The position numbers and the translations under genes were made by a program. The notes beneath the pieces are model-generated. The model had not been told where the DNA came from and made no database searches. It saw only the letters and a list, made by a program, of their open reading frames with translations. 64,000 bases of DNA, taken from assembly GCF_009914755.1 (NCBI RefSeq), contig NC_060931.1. The stretch is one strand, 5' to 3'. Below, in pieces: positions 1 through 12,387 of the stretch; positions within the stretch are counted from its first letter, which is position 1, and every line of letters starts with the position of its first letter. The DNA comes from the human T2T-CHM13v2.0 reference genome, Homo sapiens.

Positions 1-766
1 CTTTTCAAGCCATAGATTACACTTTAGAATTATGATTACTAATTATTTCTCCAAGTGGAAAGTTTATGGAACATTTCTTTTTCCATTTCTCTCTCCCTCT
101 CTATAGTAATAATGGTCCATCTTTCAGGTAGTTGTAGATGACCATGTTTAAATACTTGAATGTATTGTTTTATGGTATAAAATTAAGCTCTTAGAGAAAT
201 ATTTACAGCAAACTAATTGTAGAGTATTATTAGGGATATATTATAAACAAAAATCTCTGTTATATATCTGTATTTCCCCATGTACGTTAGCATACTTGAT
301 GATTTTCCTTTGGGTCCTGCTTGACAATGATTGATGTATATAAAAACTTTTAAATCATCAATCGGGATAATCATAGCTTTGTTTTTTTGTACTAGATCCT
401 TTCTCCAACTTTTAACTACCATTCTATATGGTGTCAATGGGAAATTAGAACTATTAGTATGTTTACAGGGGAATGAGAAAACCATTTGATTTTGAAAATA
501 GGATTTACATTTCTTTCTTACATCGTAGTAGTACCTAAAAATGCCTCATAATTCTATAATGACAAAAGCTTTTCTTACAATGTAAAACTTTAAAAATTAA
601 TTTTTAAAAAGGAGTGTTCTTGCAGAATTTTGAATTGAGGTCTTAGAATGAAATCTTTTCATTCAATATAAAATGTATATGACCATAATATTCCAAAAAT
701 ATTAGCATATATTAAAACAAGTATATTTTATATCCTTGAAACAAATGTTGAAATATGTAATTGAGA

Positions 767-1160
767 GGGCGGCGGCGGCGGCGGCGGCGCTGGAGGCGCA
801 GAGGGCGGCGCAGGCGGAGCCGGGCGGGCGCGCGAGCGAGCGGAGAGCGGGCGGCCGTGCGGGCGGCGGCGGCACCCCCAGGCCGAGCCGGCGCCGAAGG
901 AGTTCCAGGGCGATGGGGCCGCGGCCCGGGCTGACGCTTTGACAGCTGGAAAGAGCGCGGAGCCAGCGCCTGGTGGGGAGGGAGGGGAGCGCGGCGAGGA
1001 GAGCGCCAGCGAGCGAGAGAGCGAGCGAGCGCCGGGGAGGGGGCCGGGAGCGAGGAGCAGCGCGGGAGAGCCGGAGCGGTAGCGGCGGCGGCGGCGAGGC
1101 TCGGCGCCCTCTTCCCTGCAAACCATGTTTGCCAAAGGCAGAGGCTCGGCGGTGCCCTCG
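767..1160. promoter_or_regulatory. CpG-island-like segment imported with the SSBP3 5'UTR, including (GGC)7
   Basis: Very high GC and dense undecayed CpG in AT-rich surroundings; (GGC)7 at 768-788; GC-box-like GGGCGG motifs. Confidence 0.6.
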
Positions 1161-1997
1161 GATGGGCAGGCTTGGGAAAAGTTAGCTTCATACGTCTACG
1201 AATATTTACTGCACGTAAGAGTACAGAAATCTGCAGAGACCTTCTTGTCGGAGATTCGATGGGAAAAAAACATCACGTTGGGAGAACCGCCTGGGTTTTT
1301 GCACTCGTGGTGGTGTGTATTTGGGGACCTTTACTGTGCAGCTCCTCAAAGGAGAGACACTTGTGAACATTCAAGTGAAGCAAAAGCCTTTCATGATTAT
1401 AGTGCAGCAGCTGCCCCGAGCCCCGTGCTTGGCAACATTCCCCCCAACGATGGGATGCCGGGAGGCCCCATCCCGCCAGGTTTCTTTCAGGGTCCTCCGG
1501 GGTCACAGCCCTCGCCGCACGCACAGCCTCCACCTCACAATCCTAGCAGCATGATGGGACCCCACAGTCAGCCTTTTATGTCACCGCGATACGTAGGCGG
1601 CCCCGGGCCCCCGATCAGAATGGGAAACCAGCCTCCGGGAGGAGTTCTTGGGACACAGCCATTGCTGCCCAATTCTATGGATCCCACACGACAACAAGGC
1701 CACCCCAACATGGGAGGATCAATGCAGAGAATGAACCCTCCCCGAGGCATGGGGCCCATGGGTCCCGGCCCACAGAATTACGGCAGCGGCATGAGACCAC
1801 CACCCAACTCCCTCGGCCCGCCATGCCCGGGATTAACATGGGCCCGGGAGCTGGCAGACCCTGGCCCAATCCTAACAGTGCTAACTCAATTCCATATTCC
1901 TCCTCATCACCTGGTACCTATGTGGGACCCCCGGTGGTGGCGGCCCTCCAGGAACACCCATTATGCCCAGTCCCGCAGATTCAACAAATTCCAGTGA
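1125..1997 (+). CDS. Open 290-codon frame in the SSBP3 retrocopy (~232 SSBP3-like residues including LUFS, then a frameshifted tail); translation unproven
   Basis: ORF track 1125..1997; start context AAACCATGT has A at -3. Departs from SSBP3 after ..PPPNSLGP. Confidence 0.25.
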   Translation: MFAKGRGSAVPSDGQAWEKLASYVYEYLLHVRVQKSAETFLSEIRWEKNITLGEPPGFLHSWWCVFGDLYCAAPQRRDTCEHSSEAKAFHDYSAAAAPSPVLGNIPPNDGMPGGPIPPGFFQGPPGSQPSPHAQPPPHNPSSMMGPHSQPFMSPRYVGGPGPPIRMGNQPPGGVLGTQPLLPNSMDPTRQQGHPNMGGSMQRMNPPRGMGPMGPGPQNYGSGMRPPPNSLGPPCPGLTWARELADPGPILTVLTQFHIPPHHLVPMWDPRWWRPSRNTHYAQSRRFNKFQ

Positions 1998-2689
1998 CAA
2001 CATCTACACAATGACCTGGCGGCAGGTCCAACTTCCCGATGGGTCCCGGCTCGGACGGTCCGATGGGCGGCATGGGTGGCATGGAGCCACACCACATGAA
2101 TGGATCATTAGGGTCAGGCGACATAGACGGACTTCCAAAAAATTCTCCTAACAACATAAGTGGCATTAGCAATCCTCCAGGCACCCCTCGAGATGACGGC
2201 GAGCTAGGAGGGAGCTTCCTCCACTCCTTTCAGAATGACAATTATTCTCCAAGCATGACGATGAGTGTGTGATCCCCCCTTCTCCGAGACGCTGAGAGAG
2301 CCGGCATTGCAGGCGGGAAGACGCCAGAAATTATGCAAGAAGTGAGGTGTTATTATCCAGGAGCTGGTGGGGAGGGCATCTCCCTGCTCCCCTAAACCCC
2401 CTCCCACCCCATCCACGCCCCCTACCTTTCCCAATTTTAGTTTCATGCAATAAAAAGGCCAAACTTTTTATTCCATAAAACATGAAGGACAAAACTCTCA
2501 AAAAAAAAAAAAGAAATATGTAATTGAGAAATTGAATCTCATGTTATTTCCCTCCTCTTCTTTCCATTTTCAAAATTTCAGACTTGTATATAGGTTTTCA
2601 TGAGTTAATTCTACCAGTGCAGTATATTTTACAAATATTTCTTTTCTTAACACCATATGCTTTTCCCAAGTAAGGTCACCCACTCCTAC

Positions 2690-3605
2690 ACCCTGAGTGC
2701 CTCAATTTGACTTGTCCCACACTGAAGACATTGTCCTTGACCTTCTCCTGACTTTTTGTAATCTGCTCTGTCATCTGATTTTCCCATCCTAGGAAGTAAC
2801 ATCTAGTAAATAGAACTGAAACATTGAAACAGGAAAAATCTCGCATTCCAGCACTCCCTCAAATCACCAATCCAGTCACTCACAAGTTATACTTTTTCCA
2901 CCTGCTTACCGTTTTTCATATCTCACTGCTATAATTCACTTTGACCCATCATTTTGAAATACTCTTGTCTAGTTTTGTCCCTCCCCCATCCCATGCCATG
3001 TTCAGTTATCATTACAATGCTGCCAGGGTGGCCTTTCTAAGATATTTTATGATGCTGTAACTCATCTGTTTATGAGTGGATCCCCATTACATGATGGGGA
3101 AGTTCACATTCTAGCATGGCACATATCTTTTGTGGTTTGGCCTGATTCTCCCATTTTATTTCTCCATCTCACTCCCTCTGACTAGGTTCCAGTTTTCCTG
3201 CATTACTTTAACACCCCTCATTTGCCATGTCGTTTCTCATTTCATGCCTCATACCTTTGCTCATACTGCCCTGTCTAGAAACCCTTCACATCCTCACTCT
3301 CTGCACTTTGTCCTTCTTTCAAAATAGGCCCTATCTTTGCAGCATTTCTGGAACTTCCCAGGTATAACCGACCATTGTTTTCTTTGAGCCCTTACTGTCC
3401 ATTATTAACTTCAGTTGTAGAACTAGTGAACTATACTGTTTTGTTTTTGTTTGTTTCCATATATCTCTACCCCTACTCAAATATTAAGGAAGAGTCTCTT
3501 CTATATATGTTTTCAGCTTCTCCCAGGATATTGCCTATGATTCAGCAGACACAGTGAATGTTTGTTGTCTTACTGGTTGACTGATTGAGTGGGTGGGTGA
3601 ATAAA
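2690..3605 (+). mobile_element. Degenerate L2 LINE, 3' portion
   Basis: Pyrimidine-rich L2-like blocks ending in a GAATGTTTGTTG..TGAATAAAT-type tail. Confidence 0.55.
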
Positions 3606-3644
3606 TACAATGTTTTCCAAAGCTTTTTGGTTTGTTTTTCATAG

Positions 3645-3766
3645 GAAGAAACAACTAAATCAGCAAGTGCAAAAAGACAAAATGATATTGATGTTATTGA
3701 AAGTGTTCCACAAGAGCAAACCAGTAACGTCAAATTTACGTTTTGTTCACAAAGATGGTAGAAGTG
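3645..3766 (+). pseudogene. ANKRD26-like exon remnant (EETTKSASAKRQNDIDVIESVPQEQTSN)
   Basis: Acceptor ttttcatAG and donor G|GTAAGT; resembles ANKRD26 EEPTKPGIAKKENGIDIIESAPLEQTNN; frameshifted near the 3' end. Confidence 0.75.
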
Positions 3767-4304
3767 GTAAGTTAGTGAATATCTGAGAATTTTCCTGTGC
3801 TTAAATGCTGTTATTAAAAACCATTCAAGTAGATAGTCCCAAATGTCATATTTATTTCTTTTAAATAATTTTCCTGTCTTTCTTCATTCTAACACCTTCT
3901 TCTTTCTGAAACTATTATACTTCAACCCTCTGAAAGTGTTTTTGTTATTACTTTTATTTTATTGAAATTTTCATTAATGGAGACAGACTTGTATACGTAT
4001 TTATTATGAAATGCACAGTGATAAATGTTCTCATGAATATATCTGTGAATAACATTTTATAGATACGACATCCACATTGGGATAAGAAGAGGGAGACATA
4101 GAATCACTTTTGTATTCTGGGGTATCGTCTGTCATTATTCTTGTTATTTCAAAATACAAGCATTCAGCGATGTTAAAACATAAAAGACGATGCCTTGACT
4201 TTACTTTCTCACCTCTGTATATGCCTAAAGGAATTATTTTCTTATATTTTCAGCCCAGAATTTAGAAAGTAGTAATCACCCCTAATACCAAACTTCCACT
4301 TAAG

Positions 4305-4465
4305 ATTGAAGGAGAAATGAAGAAGCATGGAAGTAACAACATGGGATTATCAGAAAACTTGACTGATGCTGCTGGCAATGGTGTTGATGAACTAATTCCA
4401 CAAAGAAAGAGTGAAAAACCTGAAAATCAGCAATTTCCTAGGACAGAGAATGAGAAGTATCAAAG
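4305..4465 (+). pseudogene. POTE/ANKRD26-like exon remnant ([53 protein letters not shown])
   Basis: Acceptor cacttaAG, donor AG|GTAAGC, open frame; closely resembles the POTE VEEEMKKH..LIPQRKSRTPENQQFP exon. Confidence 0.85.
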
Positions 4466-4696
4466 GTAAGCCTATGGCAACATTTAACAGGAGATACTTA
4501 CGTGCTATAAAACTAATCTTAATTTGGGCTAATATTCATGTTGAACAAATTTCATACTTTTACTGGGATATTCAGTCTTGCCTGGAATCAGAAAAATGCC
4601 AATCAGCAAACAATGAGTTACCACTTTTTCCAATCATTGATAATTTATTTGAAAAATAATAACCAGTATTGGCAAATGTGAGGGAAAAGGCATTTT

Positions 4697-5092
4697 CTTT
4701 TCTTTTCTTGTGAACATTTATTTTTTTTGCCATGTCATTTCATGCCCCATCTGACTTCAGGGTTATATGTGCAGTTTTGTTAGATAGGTAAACTGTATCA
4801 TGGGGATTTGGGGTACAGATGACTTCATCAACCAGATAATAGGCATAATACCTGATAGGTAGTTTTTTGGTCCTCTCCCTCCTCCCACCCTCCACCCTCA
4901 AGTAGGCCCCAGTGTTTGTTGTTCTCCACTTTGTGTCCCTGTGTTCTCCACTTTGTGTCCCTGTGTTCTCATTGTTTAGCCACCACTAATGAGTGAGAAT
5001 ATGCAGTATGCGAATTTCTGTTCCTGTGTTAGTTTCCTTAAAATAATGGCCTCCAGCTCCATCCATGTTGCTTCAAAGGATATGATCTCATT
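4697..5092 (-). mobile_element. L1PA (older primate subfamily) 3' end
   Basis: CCCTCCTCCCACCCTCCACCCTCAAGTAGGCCCCAGTGT and AATGGCCTCCAGCTCCATCCATGTTGC; flanked by near-TSD AAAAGRCATTTTC; internal 22-bp tandem duplication at 4921-4964. Confidence 0.85.
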
Positions 5093-5848
5093 GAAAAAGA
5101 CATTTTCATAGACTGTCGGTACATACATTTTGAACGTTAATTTAGTAGCATGTATCAAAATTTCAGATATGTCATTCCTTTAACCTAAGAACTTCACTTC
5201 TAGGGCTAGACTCTACAGGAACATGACTTGTGTACACACACAAACATGTTAAGGACACTTACTACCTATACTACATAACACTCAAGGCTAATACACAAGC
5301 ACACACATATATATATAACATATTAAGGATATATTTGTATGTTAAGGATATTTGTATAGATATGTTACATATATACTTGTAAATAAGGACATTTATTATA
5401 GCATTATTACATCAAAAAGTTGGAGCTAGTCTAAATCCTTATCAATAGGAAATAGCTCAGTTTTCATACCCAGAAAATAATGGAGTATGCAACCATTTTT
5501 TAAAAAATGAGGTTAGATCTAGAGTGTACTGATTATTTCACAATTAAAATGTATTTAAAGCATTTAGTTTGACGACACATCTGAAGACAATTTTGTTAGA
5601 ATTCTTGTAATATCTGCTGTGTTGCAAATGGAGGCTACATGCCACATAGACACTGAACCTTGTTAACAACAAGATTGTTAGTTATTAAATTTTGGCTTTT
5701 TGTTCTCAGTGCCTGAGTCCTGAAATATTGGACCCTGAATCTGAATATTCCCAAGGGATTACACATGAGGATCTATATTCCATAGAAACATTTTAGTGTA
5801 TTGGGTAAAACTTGTTAAAATACATCAAAGGATTTTTGATCTACTAAA

Positions 5849-6187
5849 GCAGGAGTTGGCCAGCTTTTTCCTCAAAGAGCCAGTTAGTAAATATTTTAGG
5901 CTCTATGGACCATGTTTATCTTTTTGAGGTAGGGTCTCACTCTATTGGCCAGGCTGGAGTCCAGTGGCATGATCATGGCTCACTGCAGCCTTGACTTTCT
6001 GGGCTCCAGGGATCCTCCCACCTCAGCCTGTCTACTAGCTGGGACCACAGGTGTGCACCATCACACCCGGCTAATTGGCTTTATGGACTACAACGTGAAT
6101 AAGCGTGGCTGTGTTCCAAGAAACTGTACTTATAAAAACAGGAAGTGGGCTGGATTTGGCCAACAGTGCTGAATTGCTGACCCTTGT
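5849..6187 (+). mobile_element. MER58-like hAT DNA transposon interrupted by an old Alu monomer (-, ~5921-6076)
   Basis: CAGGAGTTGGCCAGCTTTTT..GTAAATATTTTAGGC and GGCTGTGTTCCAAGAAACT..GGGCTGGATTTGGCC. Confidence 0.75.
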
Positions 6188-6829
6188 GCTAAAAGGAGGG
6201 TGCTGCTAATGCAGTGAATCCTCTTTGTAAAAGTACACTGCATGTATGCCATTATCCTTCCTTTGAAAAGAGAATATATTTCAGTATGCATCTCACCATA
6301 TTTTTCAACAGTGACTTCATATGATTTAAAAAAATTTTTTTATAAAATAAGATTATTTTCTGGATTTGTCCCCTTTTATTCCCGTTAATAAAATAGTATT
6401 TTACTGTGACCAGTTACTTTATATATTTGATGAGTATCAACTGTTTTAGAATTGGCTTATATTTATCAAGCAAGAAATACTCCCCTTGAAACTTTTAGTA
6501 TTCCTTGGTTTTTATGTATAGGCATGAACAAAATGATAATCAATTTATGCAATCTAGAAATGTTCAGGGGGACTTTTAGTGCTATAATTTTATGAATTTA
6601 TTATTTAATATATTTCAGTCTGGCATTTTTAAATGCCATATATGTATAGTTTTAAAAACCTTGAAAACATAATTGTTTAAAATTATTATATATTTTTAAA
6701 ACCTTAAAAATATTTAATAAAGTATGTAATTGTTATATAAAATTTGAAAACTACAGGTAAACAAGAAGAAAATTAGATAATCCATACTCGTGATGTCCCT
6801 GAAAGAACTGTCTACACTCACGGACTCAA

Positions 6830-7540
6830 TTTTTTTTCCATTCATTTTTGATTTCATGCCAGTAGTCTTCAATCCCAGCACTCCTCCAAAGTTGTTTTCT
6901 CAAGGTTATCGCTAGTCTTCTCTCTAATAAATCTAGGCATTTTTTTCTTACACCTTATTTTATTTAACCTGTCAGCAATATTTATTTTATTTTATTAAAT
7001 AAATATTTTATTTAACCTGTCAACAACCTAATGGAGGACACTCTCCTCCACGACAGTGTCTTCACTCGGCTTTCAGGACCTCACTCCCTCATCTGGCTTT
7101 TCCACCTGCCTTTCTAGTCCATCCATTATGGTCTGTTTTTCTTGCTCCTCCTCATCTTTCACTTTTTGCACATTGTTGTTTCCCAGGGCTCTGTCCTCGA
7201 TCTTCTTTCTCATGACTTTTTCTACTGTGTGTATGCTAGTGATTTCCAAATGTATGTCTCCAGCTCAGATTTCTCTTCTTAATTCCAGACCTCCTGTCAA
7301 CCTGCCTACTTGACATCTCTCTTTGGTTAGCTATTGGGTATCACACACTTGTCAGGTCCAACATTGGACTACTGACATCTGTCCTCACATCTGCTCCTCT
7401 TGTAGTCTTTCCTACTTGGGTGAATGGCAACTCTTCCAGTTGCTCTCCCAAAAAACTCAGCATCATTCTTGACTCATCTCTCTTTCTCTCTCTGACTCCT
7501 CACATCTAATCTAGTTGCAAATCTTGTTAGGTCTACGTGA
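6830..7540 (+). mobile_element. L2 LINE fragment
   Basis: L2-like motifs such as GGCTTTCAGGAC, TCCAAATGTATGTCTCCAGCTCAGA and AACCTGCCTACTTGACATCTC. Confidence 0.7.
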
Positions 7541-8212
7541 ACAGGTCTAGCTTTATAATAAGCTACATTCTTTATGTTAATCATTTTTCACTTAGGGAGA
7601 AAAGTCCAATGTTGTGGTTACTCACTATTTATTCTTTCACTGGTAATCATGATAGTTGTAATTACAGTAAAGTGAATCAAAGTAATTGTAAACTTTACTG
7701 GTATTTTATTTACAAAATAAAAATTAGGGTGGTAAATTTAATAGACTCAAAAATTGTTTCCAGGGGATTATGAACCTTCTGTATTTGAAATGAAAAGACA
7801 GAGTTGGAATTTTTTGCTTCCTGTAGTAAGAGCTATGCTGGTCAGGCAGGCACTATCTATTCTGATGGAGCAGCTGCTGATCTTACATAGGGTTTTGAGA
7901 GGACTGGACTTGAAGGATTGGCCGATTCCCGGATCCAAGTGGGTTGGCATCATCTGGAGCAACATGGTTATCTGAGTGAGACCGCTGGGGATTGGTTAGC
8001 ACTTCCTAGCCTGTGGATTGATTTTGTGTCTGATTGGCTGTCTTTCAGAAGCAAGCTGCTCACACTGATGCTGGTTGGTGAGCGAGGCCAGTGGTGATTG
8101 ATTGATCGATTGACTAGATTTAGAACTAGCTCTGGGTGGCTGCTTGTTACTATGACTACAGGTCAGTTCTTTCCTAAGTTTCAGGAAACTTTGACCAGAA
8201 ATTTTCTGTTTA

Positions 8213-8539
<327 letters not shown>

Positions 8540-8976
8540 CTATGTTCAAAATGAAAACTCTTTCATATTCCAGAATTGTAGACTTGATTTTAAAGTTTTA
8601 GTCAAGATGAATCATTTAATTCATCTTTAGAGATCTTTCAGGAAGATTCTTTTTTGATACTTAGTCTCAACCAGAAGAGTTTGCTACATAAATTATTTTT
8701 TAAAAATAATTGTAAGTTTTGTTTCTGTTTTTGGTATTCTTAGAGGCTTCTGCTCCAGTGCTAACATAATCTTCAGTGGGAGACTTTAGTCTCTTTGTCA
8801 ATTTTTGTATGTATATGATAGTGATATTCTGTCTTCTTTCCTTATTTTGTTCACTTTCTGTTGCTTGCAATAATAGTGATATTCTTATGTGTGTTTACTT
8901 CATAAAAATGTAATTACAATTTTCTGCTGGCAAATCCAGCTTTTTATATTAGGACTAAATATTAGGCTAAAAGTGA

Positions 8977-9304
<328 letters not shown>

Positions 9305-9362
9305 CAGAACATTTTATTTTCAAACAAAATCATAACTAATAAAAATTGCTGTTTTGTACTGC

Positions 9363-9413
9363 ATCTATCTATCTATCTATCTGTCTATCTATCTATCTAT
9401 CTATCTATCTATC
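9363..9413. repeat. (TCTA)n tetranucleotide STR with one TCTG interruption
   Basis: Read directly. Confidence 0.95.
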
Positions 9414-9452
9414 AATCATGACATTTAGATATTTTAAATTAAGGATTCCTCT

Positions 9453-11749
9453 CAATATGGTTTGTCTTTGTGTCTCCACCTAAATCTCATCTTGAATTTT
9501 AATCTCTGGGTATTGAGGGAGGGACCTGGTGAGAGGTGGTTGGATCATGGGGGCTGTTTCCCTGATGCCGTTCTCATGGTAGTGAGTTCTCATGAGATCT
9601 GATGGTTTTATGAGGGACTCATACCCCTTCACTTCTGTCTGTCCTGCCACCTTGTGAAGAAGGTGCCTGCTTCCCCTTCACTTTCTGCCATGATTGTAAG
9701 TTTTCTGAGGCTTCCCTAGCCATGCTAAACTGTGAGTCAATTAAACCTCTTTCCTTTATAAATTACCCATTCTCCAGTATTTCATCATAGCAGTGTGAAA
9801 ACAGATTAATACAGCAAATTGGTTCCGGTATAGCGGAGTACTGCTACAAAGATAAACTGAAAACATGTAAGCAACTTTAGAACTGGGTAATGGGCAGAGG
9901 CTGGAATAGTCTGGAGGGCTCAGAAGAAAACAGGAAGATGTGGGAAAGTTTGGAACTTCCTAGAGACTCGTTGAATGGTTTTGACCAAAATGCTAATATT
10001 GATACGGACAATGAAGTCCAGGCTGAGGTGGTCTTAGATGGAGATGAGGAACTTGTTGGGAACTGGAATAAAGGTTATTCGTGCTATGCTTTAGTAAAGA
10101 GACTAACAGAATTTTGCCCCTGCCCTAGAGATCTGTGGAACTTTGAACTTGAGAGAGATGATTTAGGGTATCTGGTGGAAGAAGTTTCTAAGCAGCAAAG
10201 CATTCAAGATGTGACCTGTTGATTCTGAAAGTATTCAGTTTTATGTGTTCACAAAGAGATGGTTTGAAATTGGAACTTTTGTTTAAAAGGGTAGCAGAGC
10301 ATAAATTTGGAAAATTTGCAGCCTGACCATAGGGTAGAAAAGCAAGTCCCATTTTCTGGGGGTGGAATGCAAGCTGGATACAGAAATTTACGTAAGTAAC
10401 GAGTAGCCAAATGTTAATTGCCAAGACAATGGAGAAAATGTCTCCAGGGCGTGTCAGAGATCTTCATGGCAGCCTGTCTCATCAGAGGTCCAGAGGCCTA
10501 GGAAGGAAAAATGGTTTCATGGGCTGGTTCCAGGGCCCTACTGCTATATGCAGTGTCAGGACTTGGTGTCTTGCATCCCAGCCACTCCAGCTCCAGCTAT
10601 GGCTCAAAGGGGCCAATGTACAGCTCAGGCTGTTGCTTCAGAGGGTGCAAGCCCCAGGCCTTGGTGGCTTCCACGTGGTGTTGGGCTTGTGGGTGCACAG
10701 AAGTCAAGAATTGAGGTTTGCGAACCTCCACCTAGCTTTCAGAGGATGTATGGAAATGCCTGGATGTCTAGGCAGAAGTCTGCTGCAAAGGCAGATCCCT
10801 CATGGAGAACCTCTGCTAGGGCAGTGCAGAAGGGAAATGTGGGGTTGGAGCTCCCACACAGAGTCCCCACTGGGGCACTGTCTAGTGGAGCTGTGAGAAG
10901 AGGGCCACTGTCCTCCGGGCCCCAGAATGATAGATCCACCAACAGCTTGCACTGTACACCTGGAAAACCCATAGACACTCAACACCAGCTCATGAGGGAG
11001 CTGCCCAAGGCCATGGGAGCCCACCCCTTGCATCAGCATGCCCTGGATGAAAGACATGGAGTCAAAGAAGATTTTGGAGCTTTAACATTTAGTTACTGCC
11101 TTGCTGTATTTCAGACTTTCATGGGGCCTATAGCCCCTTTGTTTTGGCCAATTTCTCACATTTGGTAATGGGAGCATTTATTCAATGCCTGTACCTCCAT
11201 CATATCTTGGAAGTAACTAACTTGTTTTTGATTTTACAGGCTCATAGATGGAAGGGACTTGCCTTGTCTCAGATGAGACTTTGGACTTGGACTTTTGGGT
11301 TAATGCTGGAATGAGTTAGCACTTTGGGAAGTCATGATTGGTTTTGAAATATGGGGACTTGAGATTTGGGAGGGTCCATGGGTGGAATGATATTGTTAGG
11401 CTTTGACTTTGTGCCTCCACCCAAATCTCATCTCAAATTGTAAGGTGTTGAGGGAGCGACCTAGTTGGAGGTGATTGGATCATAGAATTGGTTCCGCCAT
11501 TCTGTTCTCATGATAGTGAGTTCTCACATGAGATTTGATGGTTTTATAAGGGGCTCTTCCTCCTTTACTTCTCTCTCTCCTGACACCTTGTGAAGAAGGT
11601 CCCTCCTTCCCCTTCGGCTTCTGCCATGATTGTAAGTTTCCTGAGGTCTCCCCAGCCATGCAGAACTGTTAGTCAATTAAACCTCTTTTCTTTATAGATT
11701 ACCCAGTCTCAGATATTTCTTTATAGCAGTGTGAAAACAGACTAATACA
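9453..11749 (+). mobile_element. Full-length MaLR element (THE1D/MSTA type): LTR 9453-9813, internal 9814-11387, LTR 11388-11749
   Basis: Two ~360-bp direct LTRs ending in TAATACA; internal MGRGWNSLEGSEE.. and RMYGNAWMSRQK.. MaLR ORF remnants. Confidence 0.95.
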
Positions 11750-12387
11750 CTCCCCCTCAAGACATTTTCCTGATTTCATCTTTCATGTTATATGTGCCTC
11801 ATGCTATTTTCAGAACTTCATTTGAAGGCAAGCATTATTATATTTAACAACAAAATCAGAAATATAGCAGAAATCTAATTATGACTTTCATGTAATATAG
11901 TCATTGCTTGTATGCAGTGGACTCCAGCTTTTTAGTGTAGCATTCAAGTGTAGTGTGGCATTCATCTCCTATTCTTAGCTTCCAAGTATTTTACACTTTT
12001 CCTTTCAAGTTTCTAGGAAACACCTGGACTTCATGTGCCTAATCTTTGTGCTCACTTTCTATTCTTTAACTGGAATGATTTTCTCTCACTGGATTTCCCT
12101 ATGAGCTCCTCTTAAATTTTGCCTCTTCTCTAAAGCATTCCTTGTGCTAAAATATAACTTTTTATATTATCAACTCTGTCTTAACACATTGTATCATAAT
12201 TGTATATTACCTTGTTTTTGAAGCATGGAATGCACATTTCCTTTTATGTTGCTTGTACTTCATACCTGTTTTTTAAATTAATAAATTGAGATGGGGAAGA
12301 GGTGTGGTTTTACAAAAATTGGGATTTTTGTTCATTGTCATTCGAGTTATTAGAAAACATTGGCTTTTTATAGAGTTTTAAAAGTAG

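Larger units (their letters stand above)
767..2512 (+). pseudogene. SSBP3: Processed pseudogene (retrocopy) of SSBP3 mRNA: GC-rich 5'UTR, CDS 1125-2272 with frameshifts, short 3'UTR, poly(A)
   Basis: Intronless. Translation runs from [23 protein letters not shown] (LUFS domain) to ..[14 protein letters not shown] across shifted frames, with lesions near 1820, ~1932 and ~2014. AATAAA at 2449-2454, A13 tail at 2500-2512, perfect 17-bp TSD GAAATATGTAATTGAGA at 750-766 and 2513-2529. The symbol given is the parent gene. Confidence 0.97.

Noticed and set aside
702-1191. Several overlapping 70-159 aa Ala/Pro/Arg-rich ORFs on both strands
   Set aside because: They result from the stop-poor GC-rich SSBP3 5'UTR and show no recognisable protein similarity.
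9890-11168. 110-206 aa ORFs
   Set aside because: These are standard MaLR (THE1/MST) internal ORF remnants broken across frames, not a host gene.
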